Origin: Cenococcum geophilum
Lineage: Eukaryota
Assembly: GCA_050273025.1 (NCBI GenBank)
Contig: CP158635.1
Location: forward strand, 29,202,001 to 29,266,000
Reading direction: 5' to 3'
DNA: 64,000 nucleotides
A program made the position numbers and the translations under genes. Under the pieces are notes generated by a model. It saw nothing but the letters and a program-made list of their open reading frames with translations, did no database searches and had not been told where the DNA came from. How positions within the stretch are numbered: the first letter of the stretch is position 1; each line of letters opens with the position of its first letter. This document shows positions 49,360 to 61,297 of the stretch, one piece after another.

Positions 49360-52300
49360 TTATATAGTATAACTGCGGCAATATAAACCACCGCCTTGTA
49401 AGGCCCCTACTAGACAGTCTAGACCTAGAGAAACACTATATTCTTGCTATATAAGAACCGTATTACAATACCTTTATATAATTAACATACTGCCCCTAAG
49501 GATTCTAGCTCCTATACAAACCAAAAGCAGCCACACGCGTGTGCTTTATAATCAGTAAGGCTATCAGCCTATCCTTATAGTTATAGTAGGTAGTTAACCT
49601 AAATATTATAGTTATAATAATCTAAATATATAGGGGACCGGTATAAATTATTAATGTATATAACCCTAGGGTCGAAGGGGTCCTATAAATAGAGAATATT
49701 ATATTAGTAATAAGCTTACTAGAAACCAAAGGTATAGAGTCTATCCTACTAGGAGATATAAACCTCCACCACCTACGGTAGGGGGGTATCTATATTGCTG
49801 CAGATTAACAGTTAGAGTGCCTATTAAGAGCTATGGATATCTAGGGCCTTAAGCTAGCCACCCCCCTAGAAGCAATTATATAGTAACAAGGCACCGCCAG
49901 AAGTATAATTAACCTTATATTTATAGACGAAGGCCTATACCAGAGACTTAAAAGGTATAATTTTGAAGAAGAATAGGCACTTACCCTAGACTATATCCCT
50001 ATCTAGATATAGCTAGACCTAGATACCAAAGCGCAACTAAATAGAAAAAGATATGTAATAAGAAAGCTTAAGATAAACAGTTTCCTTAATATAGTTAAAC
50101 AACAACTCTAAGACCTAAAAGAAATCCACCTAATACCAAACGAGCGAGGCTTATTAGCTACCCCCGAGGAAATTAACTAAAGACTAGAAAGGATCTAGGC
50201 AGTAATTAAAAATAGGCTAGAAGAGCACTGCCCGATCTTAAAACCGGGCCCCTATACGCGACATATATGGTCCATACAATGCGCAGTTCTAGTTGCCAGC
50301 TAACGACGAGTAAGAAGGAAATATATAAGTAGCTATAACCCTAAAGATAAGAGATAATATAAAGACATAAGAAACCAGCTAAAGAATACCCTAAAAAAAG
50401 AAGTAAGAAATAACTGGAGACGGTTTATAAACGAGTATACTTTTAACCCGAGCCTCCCCCATAATAAGGGCCTTTAGGCTATGGTAAAATGGGTAAAGAA
50501 AAAGGTAGGGCGCCTAGCAGAAGACCTATACTTACCACCCCTATAAAGAGTAGGAGAATTACAGGCTATAAACAACAATAATAAGAAGGCAAAGATCCTT
50601 ATAGAAAGGTTCTTCCCCTAACCAGCTCTAGCAGACCTTAGTAATATTATAGGCGAAACACCAGTGACTTGCCTGCGGGTTAACAGCGACATAATAATAG
50701 AGGAAATGGCTAGAACCATTAGCCGCCTTTTAAATAATATAGTACCAGGACCAGATAGGATTCTAAATAAGGCCCTAAAAACCTATGGGCCATTTATAGC
50801 ACCTTAGCTTATAGATATAGCTAGAGCATGCTTTGCTATAGGCTACTACCCGCGACTTAGAAGATCTATAACGACGGTTATTTTATAAAAAGAAGGTAAA
50901 GCAGATTACTTAATCCTAGGAAGCTACCGCCCTATTGCCTTAGAAAATACCCTTAGTAAGATCTTAAAAAGGGTAATAGTGGAACGCATAGCAGATACGG
51001 CAGAGGAACACGCCCTACTACCATAAAGCTAAATAGGGGCAAGAAAGAACCGCTTAACACTATCAGCACTTACGCTACTCGCTACCACTATTAAATCTAC
51101 ATGGGTAATACGAAAGGACTTTATAGTATCAATACTTAGCCTAGATATTAGTGGTGCCTATAATAATATACCCTACGAGCGTCTCCTGTATATCCTTAGG
51201 GTAAAGGGCTTTCTAGAATAGATTATATAATTTATCTAAGGGTTTATAGGCCAGAAAGAAACATTACTGGTCTTTAGCGGATACTAGAGCCCCCCTATCG
51301 CAGTTATAATAGGAATACCACAAGGATTACCCCTCTCGCCTATATTCTTCCTTTTCTTTATAAGCAACCTACTTAACTCCTTTAAGGAAGGGGCGACCTA
51401 GGGGATAGGCTTTATTAACAATATAAACCTAATTATATACGGGCTAACAGCCGTAGAGAATTATAAAACATTAGAGAAAGCCTATAATACTTATATAGAA
51501 TGGGCAAAACGTTATAGAGTCTAATTCTTACTAGAGAAATACCAGCTAATCCATTTTATAAGAAAACGCAACCAATCTACAGATCTTTAGCATACAATTC
51601 GTATCTAAGGCTTTGGGGGTTAACTAGTTTAGGGCCTAAGGGTATTAGGAGTATGGGTAGACAGTAAGCTCCGGTGGAGCGTATATACAACGCAAGCGGC
51701 CTATAAAGGCTAAGTACAGTTTATCGCTTTATCTAGGATTGTTAATTCTATATAGGGTCCATGCTTCTAGAGGTCACGCCTACTATATACAGCAGTTATC
51801 CGGCTAACCATAATATATAGATCTAGTATTTAGGCCATTGGAGAAACTAAGAAGGGCCCCCCTAAATTACTCCTTAAACCACTTTAAAAGGTCCAAATAG
51901 CCTACCTCTAGAGTATTATAGGCGGGTATAAGCGAACGGCTATAGTACTGCTTAAGAAGGAATCCAATATTTTCCCCCTACAGTTATATATTAAAGCCGC
52001 TATAATATAAAGAACGCAAAATAAACGTAACTCTAATGTTATAAAGTATATTAAGATACGCCTAAGTAAACTATAGAGGGACCCTAGGGTGCCCTATAGG
52101 AGAATAAACCAACAACCCTAAAGTAGGGAAGAGATATTAGAGAAACAGGTAAAGAAAGTAGAAGAAAAATAGTGCCGCTTTAGGGCCTAGGCCTATATAG
52201 AGGAGGAAGGGAGATATATAAGAGGTTAGTAAAGACAATAGTAAGACAAAGAAAGGAGATAAAGTAGAATATATAAGAACGCTAGAAAACCATCTACCGC

Positions 52301-52790
52301 AATACAATACTGGTTGGACCAACACTAGAGAGGTAAATAGGAGTTAAAGGTACAGAGGCTAACTTAGGCAAGACGAACCTAAGCTATAGCATAGTTAACG
52401 CCATAGGGGGTAAATACTTAAGGGCTCCAAGAAGGCCTAATAAAGGTAGAAAATATAATAGCAACACTCTTAAGAACAGGAATAATAGGACTAAAAGATT
52501 GGCTTTACTAGGTGGGTGTTCTAGTAGGTAGCCTAAGATATAAATATAGCTGGCTAAGACAGACACCAAAACACGTAATACTGCTATGCCCCCTACACAC
52601 CAATTAAGAAATAATGCTCTTAGTAGCTGGTATAGAGAACTATAATATACTGCTCTTAATATAAAAAGGTCTCAAGGCGGTCACCTAGTGGCTTATTAGT
52701 TAAAATATGCTAAATTAGTTCTGGGTTGCAAGGGAAATAGTAATAGAAGGCAAGGGGGTAAGCAGTAGGTGCCCCCTAGTAACTCTATAG
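49360..52790 (+). pseudogene. LINE ORF2 (APE endonuclease, RT, C-terminal zinc finger)
   Basis: De-RIP motifs QYNC, LAIQEP, GD.NLHHP.WGG, PGPDGIPN, SYRPIALENT, LDISGAYDN, GIPQGSPLSP, FVDD (~51410) and CECGWPRQTPKHV...CP (~52540-52590). Confidence 0.92.
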
Positions 52791-55700
52791 TAGTAGAGTA
52801 ATAGTTTATAATACTAGCGCGTCCGTAAGCTTATTACGGCAGTAGTGGTTCCTAAGGAGGTTAAACAGTAAAGTAGTAGAGCACTATAGGCAACTTATAG
52901 GCGCTAAGTAGGCGAGTCCTAAAAGGCGGAGAGATGGATTACAGGGTTTTCTCATTTTTCTTAAATAGAGTTTTCTCCCTATATATAAATAAGGAGTAGT
53001 CCGCGTGGGCCTAATAGGGATCCGAATCGGACGTTAAGCAATGAATTATTATTATATAACCATTATATAAATTTTTTTTTTTACATCTATTAAGCTTAAT
53101 AGTAATATTTTTATATAAGTTATAATAATATTTAATATAACTCGAATTTATATATTTATATTATGAATAAAGTTTTAATATATTTTACAATAACTAAAAT
53201 TAGTTATTAAAAATATGATATAGCTTATTATTATATTTAATAGAACTTTTACTATATAGAAAAGTAGTGTTTTTTAGTTTATACTATAATGTATAATATT
53301 TTTATATTTTCATATTATAAAAACCTTAATTTACTATATAATAAGCCATATTTTAATTTTTTATTAATAGCTATTATAGTTATTTAGTTATAAGTATTTA
53401 AATAAAAACTATATATTTGTATATTTTAGTACTATATATAAGCTAATTAGTTTTTTATTATATTTTTATTATAAAATTATAGTTTTAGTATTTAATAAGC
53501 TATATTTAAATTTTTATAAAATTCTATAGGAAGGTTATTGAGTTATAGATTTTGGTAAGGAAAACTATACATTGATTGAGACTGTGCACGGAGGGGGGAG
53601 GACTCCTACTTAGCGATTTTAATTATTACCAGCATTACCTTCCTTACTAATTGCTTGTCTACCTTTAAGCTTAAGTATAAGCGCGACCGTAAATCTTCTA
53701 CTTATATATAGTAGCCAACTTAATATATAGTTTAACTACCTTCTATTACTAATATATAGTGCCCTACGCGTATTATAACAGGCTGCCTTTTTTTACTATA
53801 GGCGAGCTTAATAAAATCCTAAACGGTCTAAATAGCACAATAATAAAGAAGTTTAAAACTTTTATCTATTGTATAAACAGAATATAGTAAAAGCTCCATA
53901 GCGCTTATAAGCTACCTAGTGTATAAATATAGCTCCCCTAATATTACGAAGTTAATTATACGCCAAAAGGTCTTTTTTACTATTAAAAGTTTTAGTAGAG
54001 AATAAGGAGGAGCTAGCTTTAAGGCTTTAAACGGAGCAGAAGGAATATATAGTAAAGTCTTTAGGTAGAGGCTCCTTCTTTTAAGTATCGCCTACTAGTA
54101 TTAGTAAAGATTATAAAGCTAAGCCGTTTAACTCTTATATTAGCTTATATATTTTCTAAGGCTTATTTTAGTCTCTTAATAATTATTACGGAGTAAGTAT
54201 AAGCGGCGATAATATATAGCAAGGTAGATATTATTAAGCTATATATATAAACTATATAAGGAGGTTAAGACGTTATATAAAAAAAGAAGGTAAGAAAACG
54301 GGAAGAAAGGGTATATATTATTAGCTTAGTTGCTTAGTTAATACGTATATAGAGTAAAATAGGATTTAGAAAGTAGTCCTAGTAGAACTTGGTAGGATTT
54401 AGTAAAACTTAGCGGAATATAGCAGAATATAGCAGATTGCTATTAGACTGCCGCAGATTGCTATTAAATTGCCATCTTATAGTTAGTCTTCAGTTATTAA
54501 GTTAGTAGAAATAGGTAGACGTATATAAGGTGTTATAAGGTATATCCTATAATAGTACCCCCCTTTTAAACTTAAACTTCTATAAGATAGGGTTATAGTA
54601 ATTCTAAGTAAAGTTTATAAAAGTCTTCTGCGGCTTATATAAGTCCTATAAAGTTAATAGGTTCCTATAGGGGCTTAGTAAAGCCTCTATAACGGTGCTA
54701 GCGCGTATTACCTACTAAATTCTACCCAAGTTCTACTATATTCTACTACCTATTATATTATCCTATATTGTCGCATACTATCTAATATAGACTACCTAGC
54801 TAATCCTCAGTTAGCCGAAAAATCACGTATTTAGCTAGCTACCTAAAGTAGATTTAAGGATCTCTATAGCGTCACTAGCGCCAAGCTGTAGAGAGATGCG
54901 TATTAAGGGCCGCCCGCTAATTAAGCCGCTGATTAACGCCAACCGTAGGGTAATTAGGGCCATTAGGGCCCTAAGTATATATAAAAAAGGTCTCCCTACC
55001 TAATCCTTAATTGCGGTAGTATATCTACTATTATACCTACTATATAAGATAGCGCTAACTAACTGCGTAGAGATTAATACCGCTAATAATGCCGAACTAT
55101 GCGCTAACGCGTAGTATATCCTTGCCCTTATGCGTGCCGCAAGGCCTAAGAATACGTCTTTAATGTATAATCTAAAGCAGAAGGAGTTTAAGATAATACC
55201 CCCCCTTTCTAAAAGTATTGCGGCCCGCGACTAACGCGTTATTTAGCTTTAGGCCTTCTATAAATAGAAGCAGTACTATAATAGCAATACCATTATAGAG
55301 GATAAGTTACTTCTCTTCTTTATTAAGGAGGTTGTAAGCTAGCCCTTAAAAGGGAAGAGCCGCAAAGCCGATATTAACGTACCCTAAAAGAAGACGCAGC
55401 TCTTATAGCGATTAGTTTATAGCTATATTACCGCTCTAACAAACCTCTATTAGATATAAAAAGCTATAGAAATAGATAGCTACCCATCTCTATAGGAGGA
55501 CAGCGTTAGGGAGTATCTAAAGACGCTATAGCGGAGGGACACGTAGTGCGAGAAAGAGTAGTTCGCCGACAAGGGTAGAGATACCCTCCTTAACGGCTAT
55601 ACTAAGGATAAGTTCTAAAGCGTCTGCCGTAAGCTTTAGGCTAGGAGCGCCGCCTCATCCCTAGAGTGCTGCTTCTATATACTTACCTATAGTGGCAATA

Positions 55701-56419
55701 AACGCTTTACTAAGATCTTAGATCTATTTACCTTTAAGTTTAAAGGTAAAGGCCCTACGCGCTATATACCCTTAATATTTACTACGCGTATAGGCAAATA
55801 GAACTAGTATAGCCACTTTAAGATTATTAGGGCTCTATAGAATAGGAAGCTACTCATTTATATGCTTAGCGGGCTAGCTTTCTATCTTTTATACCACTAG
55901 GATTTTAGTACAGAGCTATTTCCGGACTTTAATAGACGCTTAGTATAGTATAATATACGCCTAATTAAGAGCAGTAAGGACTGCGAGGCGGCCCTCTTAT
56001 ATAACTTATAGCGAGATTAGGTCGTAAAGGCCTTCTAATATATTAGTATCTTCTTAAAGAAGAAGATATATATTAGGTAGAACGCCGGCGCTAAAACGGC
56101 GGAGCTAAAGGGGGTTAGTAAGGACTAGATTTAGCGCGCTAGGAGGTAAAACTAAGAGTAGATAGTAGGCTGTTACCCAAACTCTCTCCTATAAGAGTTT
56201 ATAAGGTTAATAATAGGACACCTCTTATATTTAGGCTGCTTTAAAATCCGCCGTGCGGGTATTACGCCGCCTAATATACTACTATTAATAATATAGCCCG
56301 AACTAGATAAATAGAAGGGCCGTTTTAGCCCGCAGCTATACTAGATTAATAACCTTACCGCTATAGGGGTTACAAACCTTCTCTTTTACCCCCGCGAGGT
56401 CATTATATAGAATTTAGTA

Positions 56420-58473
56420 CAGTAAAAACTCTTTATAACGATACGGTTTTTTTCGCCATCTGTATCGTTATACTAAAGGTATCGTTGTATTTAGACTTTG
56501 TACGTAAAACACACCAAACGTCAAAATTATATAATAATATTGCATATCTATGAGCCTAAAGTCGAAATTGAATAATCAGCTCCACCAAAAAACGATTTAA
56601 TTGTCGTCTGCTTGGTGTTTTGGAGTCGTCGTCCTTGGATTTAACGCTTGTGCCTCAATAGAGTTATAATAACCTCTCTTTTACCATCCTCCTGTTGCTC
56701 CTTATATAGACGAAGCTTTTATATGGCCTCTATTGCCTTATTAAGTTTAATTTAAGATTATTAGGAGTTCTCCTTATCTATTTCTATATCGTAATCTAGC
56801 CTAGCGTAGAGCTCCGCTACATGCTTAATAAGATCTTTAATAGAGTCTACTACATCTTCGCCTAAAAGATAAATAAAATTCTAAATATATATAGGCTTAC
56901 GGATTCTTCCGGCAGTACGTAGTTGTTTAGCTATCTCTTATACCTTATTAATAATCGGATCTATATAATTATAAGGGCGAGGCGGCGGGCCTTCTCTTAA
57001 GCTAAAGAGAGTAGATTTAACAAAGCAACTATTAATTGCTTTTAGTGTAACTTCCTTCTAAGCTATAATTGCCCATTAGATAGCCCAGAGCACATATATC
57101 TGCTTAATTAGATCTTAATCTTAGAGGGAGTACTTTACTATAAATTTAAGCTAATATCATCGGTAATATAACTTAAAGTTTGTAATAATTCCTTAATTAA
57201 GTGGCTGGTATACAGAGGTATAATTAAGAGTAAGAAACTCGACCCGTGTATTCTTAAGAGTATTATTTTCAGTAAGTATTTAAACAGCTGCTTTATACGC
57301 GTTAAAATTATCAAGTAGAAGGAGGACTCTTTTACTATATATCCTTTTGTCAAACTAGGTAAGCCATTTAGTTATAATTACCGTTGTTATCTAGGCCTTT
57401 TTATTGCTCTTCTATATAATATTAAGCGAAGTAATATATAAACGTAAGCTTTTATAAAACATTATAGCTAAGCTAAGGATCTAATTATTTAGAGAGGAAG
57501 CTTATCTAAGCCATCTACGTTAGAGTAATTAGCTAGAGAGACTCTTACCTTCTGCTTTTTTATTTCTAAGAGAGCTTTAGTAGCTAGTATAGTATCTAGT
57601 ATAGCCTTCTAAAAGAGCCCAGTCTTATTTATATTATAAACATCCTTTAATGGAAAAGACACGACAATCGCACGAAGCTCTATTATGCGATCTTTAGTAC
57701 CTTCCATATTAACTAACGCAGCCTCGCTATATTACTTCCTTTTATAAATTCTATTGCGAGATTTAAAACCCTTTAGCTACCTAATTAACCACCTTAGCTT
57801 AGGCGATTAAGCTAGTAGAGGTATCTATTACTATAATTAAAATGCGGCAGTATATATAAAATCGCCCGTAATAGGAATACGTAAGATCTATAGGCGTTAG
57901 CGCCACTCAAAGAGAGCTTCCTTAAGGAGAGGATGTTCGCTAGCTCGCTATCGCTCTCGCCCGCTATGCCCATATAGCAATTTAGCTAAATTAAGGTAGT
58001 TAAATTTGTTGCTTAGTATTTCTAATATTAAGGATTAATTAATCTTTTAATGGAGGAAGTTGCTTACCTATAAAGCAACCTGTTTTTATAATAAGTAAGG
58101 GTGTTTTATATAGTAAGCGCGTATTTTCTAACGCTTAAAGTCAGAGAACCCATAATAATGTTGCCTTTAAGGATTTTAAGATCTAGGTATAATAAATAAG
58201 ATAGAATTAAGTATAGAGAGTAGGATCTGAGTATTATTTTAATAGATTTTAATCGTTATATGATGAAGATTAATGGCTAAACTTATGGTAAGGAAAGGTT
58301 AAATCTGACGAATTAAAAACTCCTTATAACGATTTTGGTAGGGCTACCCCTATAATAACATTAAATGTCAGAATATCGTAATATTATACCAAAAAGGGCT
58401 TGGTTAAGGGGTGTAGATCGTAATATAGAGTATATCGTTATAACACCGTTATCGTTATAAGGAGTTTTTACTG
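56420..58473 (-). mobile_element. pogo-like Tc1/mariner-superfamily DNA transposon (2054 bp)
   Basis: TIRs CAGTAAAAACTCTTTATAACGATA / TATCGTTATAAGGAGTTTTTACTG. TA TSD at 56418-19 and 58474-75. Repeated subterminal TATCGTTATA motifs. Confidence 0.95.
56650..58190 (-). pseudogene. pogo/CENP-B-like DDE transposase
   Basis: De-RIP N-terminal HTH (LSQKQVA.W...IDQSSISEIL), HPLLEEALFEW, WL.GFKSR, YNMDETGLFW (~57610-57640), NADGSDKLP, NKKAWMT and LLLDNF. Confidence 0.9.
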
Positions 58474-61297
58474 TAGCCCTTTATAAGATATTCCTAAGCT
58501 ATCTAGTATAGAGCCACCCTATTTTTTAGTATAAGGCGTATAAAGCCTTTATATAGGATCTAGAGCCTTACCTATAAGGAGAGGAGGGGAGCCTAAGTTA
58601 GCTATTAATTCTTTACTAAACTATACTACTTCTTACTAACTAACTAAAGGCTTTATACGCTAAATATAAGCAGACAGCTAGTAAGGTTAAGGGCTTATTA
58701 GATTATTTAAATAAGTTCTAATAGGCCTAGTCTTTACAGCTTTAATTATTAATGTTTAAAAGCCTTATATTTTAACTTAAAGCCCCTTTAGCTATAGTTA
58801 CGGCGGCTATAGTAGCGGCTATCGCATGGCCTTAAGGCCAGTTTACTAACCCCCCACGTCCACTTATAAAAGTGGCCCCTCTAACTTTATCTATTACGGA
58901 ATTTAGCAGATATACGTCTGCCTAGGTAAGCGCTATAGGCTCTCCTTCCCGTATAGCTTTACTGCCGCTACTACTACCGCTATAGCCGCTGCTATAGCTA
59001 AAGCTAGAGCTATAGTCCTAGCTAGAGCCTAGGTTTAGATCTTTACCTATATACTATATAAGCCGCGCGGTAAGCTCTATATAGGCCCTTTAGTGTAAGT
59101 AGACTAAGAGCCTAGGAGGTAATCCTTTTATAGTAGCGCTAGATTCTAAATAGGGTAGTAAATAGCGGGCCGGCTGGTAAAAGGAGGTTTAATAGTACTC
59201 CCTACAGCTTAAGGTTATTAAGGAGATTAAGCGGGTCGCGTAGGTCTAGAAGGTTAGTAAGGAAGCGGCTATATAGTAGGTTAATCTACGGTAGGAGCAG
59301 ATGTAGTACTTACTAGATTAGCTTTATAAACGGCTTTAAGCGAGTAGAAAAGCTTTAAAATAGTTATATATAACTCCTAATAAGATACTAAAAGGTTCTC
59401 TATTAAAACCTTCGTTTATAGCCCCTAGGGGCTTATTTTAGTGCCATATGAGTTTAATAGGGTGCTTTAAGGTACTTTAGGGTGCTTATACAATAGCGGC
59501 GCGCAACTTAAAACGTAAATATCTTTATTAACCCACGGCCGATTTTTACTATTCTAGTGCGATTAGAAAGCGCTTAGTAAGCTCTACGTATAGCGCTTAA
59601 TAGGTGTTAAGAGAGCAGTATTGCTAGTGATTAAAAATCGACTGTAGATATATGGTAATATTTATAGCCGCTAAACACATAGGCCTCCTCGCCGGCGTAA
59701 TTATAACTTAGCCGCTAATTTAGCTATATAAATGTAACTGTAGATATACTATTAGTACTGTTTTCTACTATTAGCTCGCCTACTACTAGCGTCTTAGCGG
59801 CTCGCGCTACTTATTTGTTTATACTAGCCCTAGCGACCCCCTTTCCTTCTCCTTTGCTTAGTATCTTTATTAGGTAGTAATTTATAAGCTTTAATTCCGA
59901 GGTATTTATGCGAGCTGTTACAGCCTCTCTATTTTATAAAATATATGTATTGGCGTTTCTGTTTATTATACTTAATATTATTAATTCTTTTAATAAAGTG
60001 CTCGTTCTTGCTATCTTAGCTTCTTATAGGGCTTATAAAATAAGATTAACGTATTTCTAGTATTTGGTTGGGTTATTACTATATATTAAGATATTGTTAA
60101 TATAAGTAGTATAAAAGATGTCTAGGTAGGGACGTAGGGTATTATTTATATAATATTAAAACGAGTATAGGGCGTTTATAAGGCCAAATAATATTACTAA
60201 GTATTTAAATAATTTATACTAAGTACAGAACGCAGTAAGCTATTTATCTCCTTTAGTAATATAGGGGCGGTTAAATGCAGAGAGAATATTAAGCTTTATA
60301 TAATAGCGAGCCTTACTTAGTCGGTTTAGCGTTTCTTATATTAATAGGATTAGATATCGGTTTTAATAGTAACAGCGTTAAGAGCTTAGTCTACGCAATA
60401 GTATAAACCGCTACTAGGTTTCTTAACAAAGATTACTAATATAGCTATAGGCGAAAAGCTTACTCTAATAAATCCTTTACTTAGGTTCTCGTCTAGATAC
60501 TTTTATAGTACTTAAAGTTTATTTTAGGATATTCTATATAGGGGTCTAAATCTAGGCTGCTTTCCTTCTTTAAGTACAATTTTATAGTTATATAGTCGGT
60601 ATTCCGGTAGCTTATTAGCTTCCTTTTATAAGAATACTTCTAGACAATTATAGTATTCTACTAGTACCTTTATAGCAGGGTTAGTATACTTCTTTAGTAT
60701 TAAGGCTTTCTTAATATCGGCTATTATAACGGCGAAGATTATATATTTAGGTTTCTTAGCAGGTTGTACTAGCAGAGTAGCTCTAATTATGCAGATATCT
60801 AGGATGCCGATCTTGCTTAAATTATCTATAGTTTCTTATTTGGGTTTAGGTTTAGTATTAGGTACAAAGTTAATATTAGATTTAGGTTTAAGTTCTTTAA
60901 GTATCTTTTTTATAGTAGAATACTAGTCCTTCTAGTATTTCTACGTAGTAAGCTTAAGCTTTTACTTAGCGTGGAGTAGTATAGTACTTGGGGTTTATCT
61001 ATAGGGTTTAGTAAAAATTTTAAATCCTTAATAAATATTAGTGGAAGCTTAAGCTGCCTAAAAGGATTCATATATATAGAACTATAGCGCCATAGCCTAG
61101 AGGCTGCATGCGCAGTATTATACGTAGTATAATACAACGGATATAAAAAAAAATATAAAAAAAATTATTGGAAGCCTTATATTAATAGACTCTGGTAGAA
61201 TTCCTAGGCTAGTAAAATTAGGTAAATTTTTTAGATTTTATTTCTAGGTCTAAGTAGTAAGTTATAAAGCACTTCTACTTATAATAGGAGGTGGTAA

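Larger units (their letters stand above)
47478..53050 (+). mobile_element. Full-length LINE (Tad1-like, no RNase H), 5.6 kb
   Basis: TSD ATTATATAACCATTATA (47461-47477 and 53051-53067). (TTA)n tail. Two ORFs with LINE motifs. Confidence 0.94.
40212..53567. mobile_element. Non-autonomous AT-rich TIR DNA element (MITE-like, about 770 bp without inserts), hosting B2 and a LINE
   Basis: Terminal IR TAGTTTTCCTTAC[B2]TAAAAT (40212-40224 + 47223-47228) pairs with ATTTTGGTAAGGAAAACTA (53549-53567). An internal ~63-bp IR pairs 47256-47318 with 53486-53548. Confidence 0.78.
54897..59360 (+). pseudogene. Crypton protein: Ndc10-like tyrosine recombinase plus C-terminal GCR1_C DNA-binding domain
   Basis: De-RIP RPKNT...YDPKQKEF (~55142), TEDKLLLF, DKGRDTLLDGY, EGPTRC.PLIF...GKQNQHGR, KKTHIGR..GAKTAEL.GV...QIRRAGRWN...GCY (~56058-56176). 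After the pogo: MSRAV.SV.ALWREWTEGLGGNPSV.ALDSKWGSKWR (~59058-59170). Confidence 0.88.
54786..59655 (+). mobile_element. Crypton (CryptonF-type tyrosine-recombinase DNA transposon), interrupted by pogo
   Basis: Recombinase and GCR1_C coding remnants. Short direct repeats TATAG (54786-54790, RIPed) and TATGG (59651-59655). Subterminal inverted repeat 59534-59548 / 59633-59647. Confidence 0.88.
54688..59922. repeat. Solo LTR (another family), split by the Crypton (54688..54785 + 59656..59922)
   Basis: Termini TATAAC (RIPed TGTAAC)...GTTACA with perfect 5-bp TSD GCCTC at 54683-54687 and 59923-59927. Confidence 0.8.
54184..61135 (-). mobile_element. Deleted and truncated Gypsy family C copy (3' LTR 54184..54554, 3' UTR, RT fragment 59990-61130), hosting the solo LTR/Crypton/pogo stack
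   Basis: The LTR is the reverse complement of 61298..61647. PPT AAAAGGGGGGTAC at 54555-54567 (minus). RT YIDDILIYS at about 60080-60105 runs directly into 3' sequence. 60540-61130 is an inverted homologue of 63350-64000. Confidence 0.86.
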
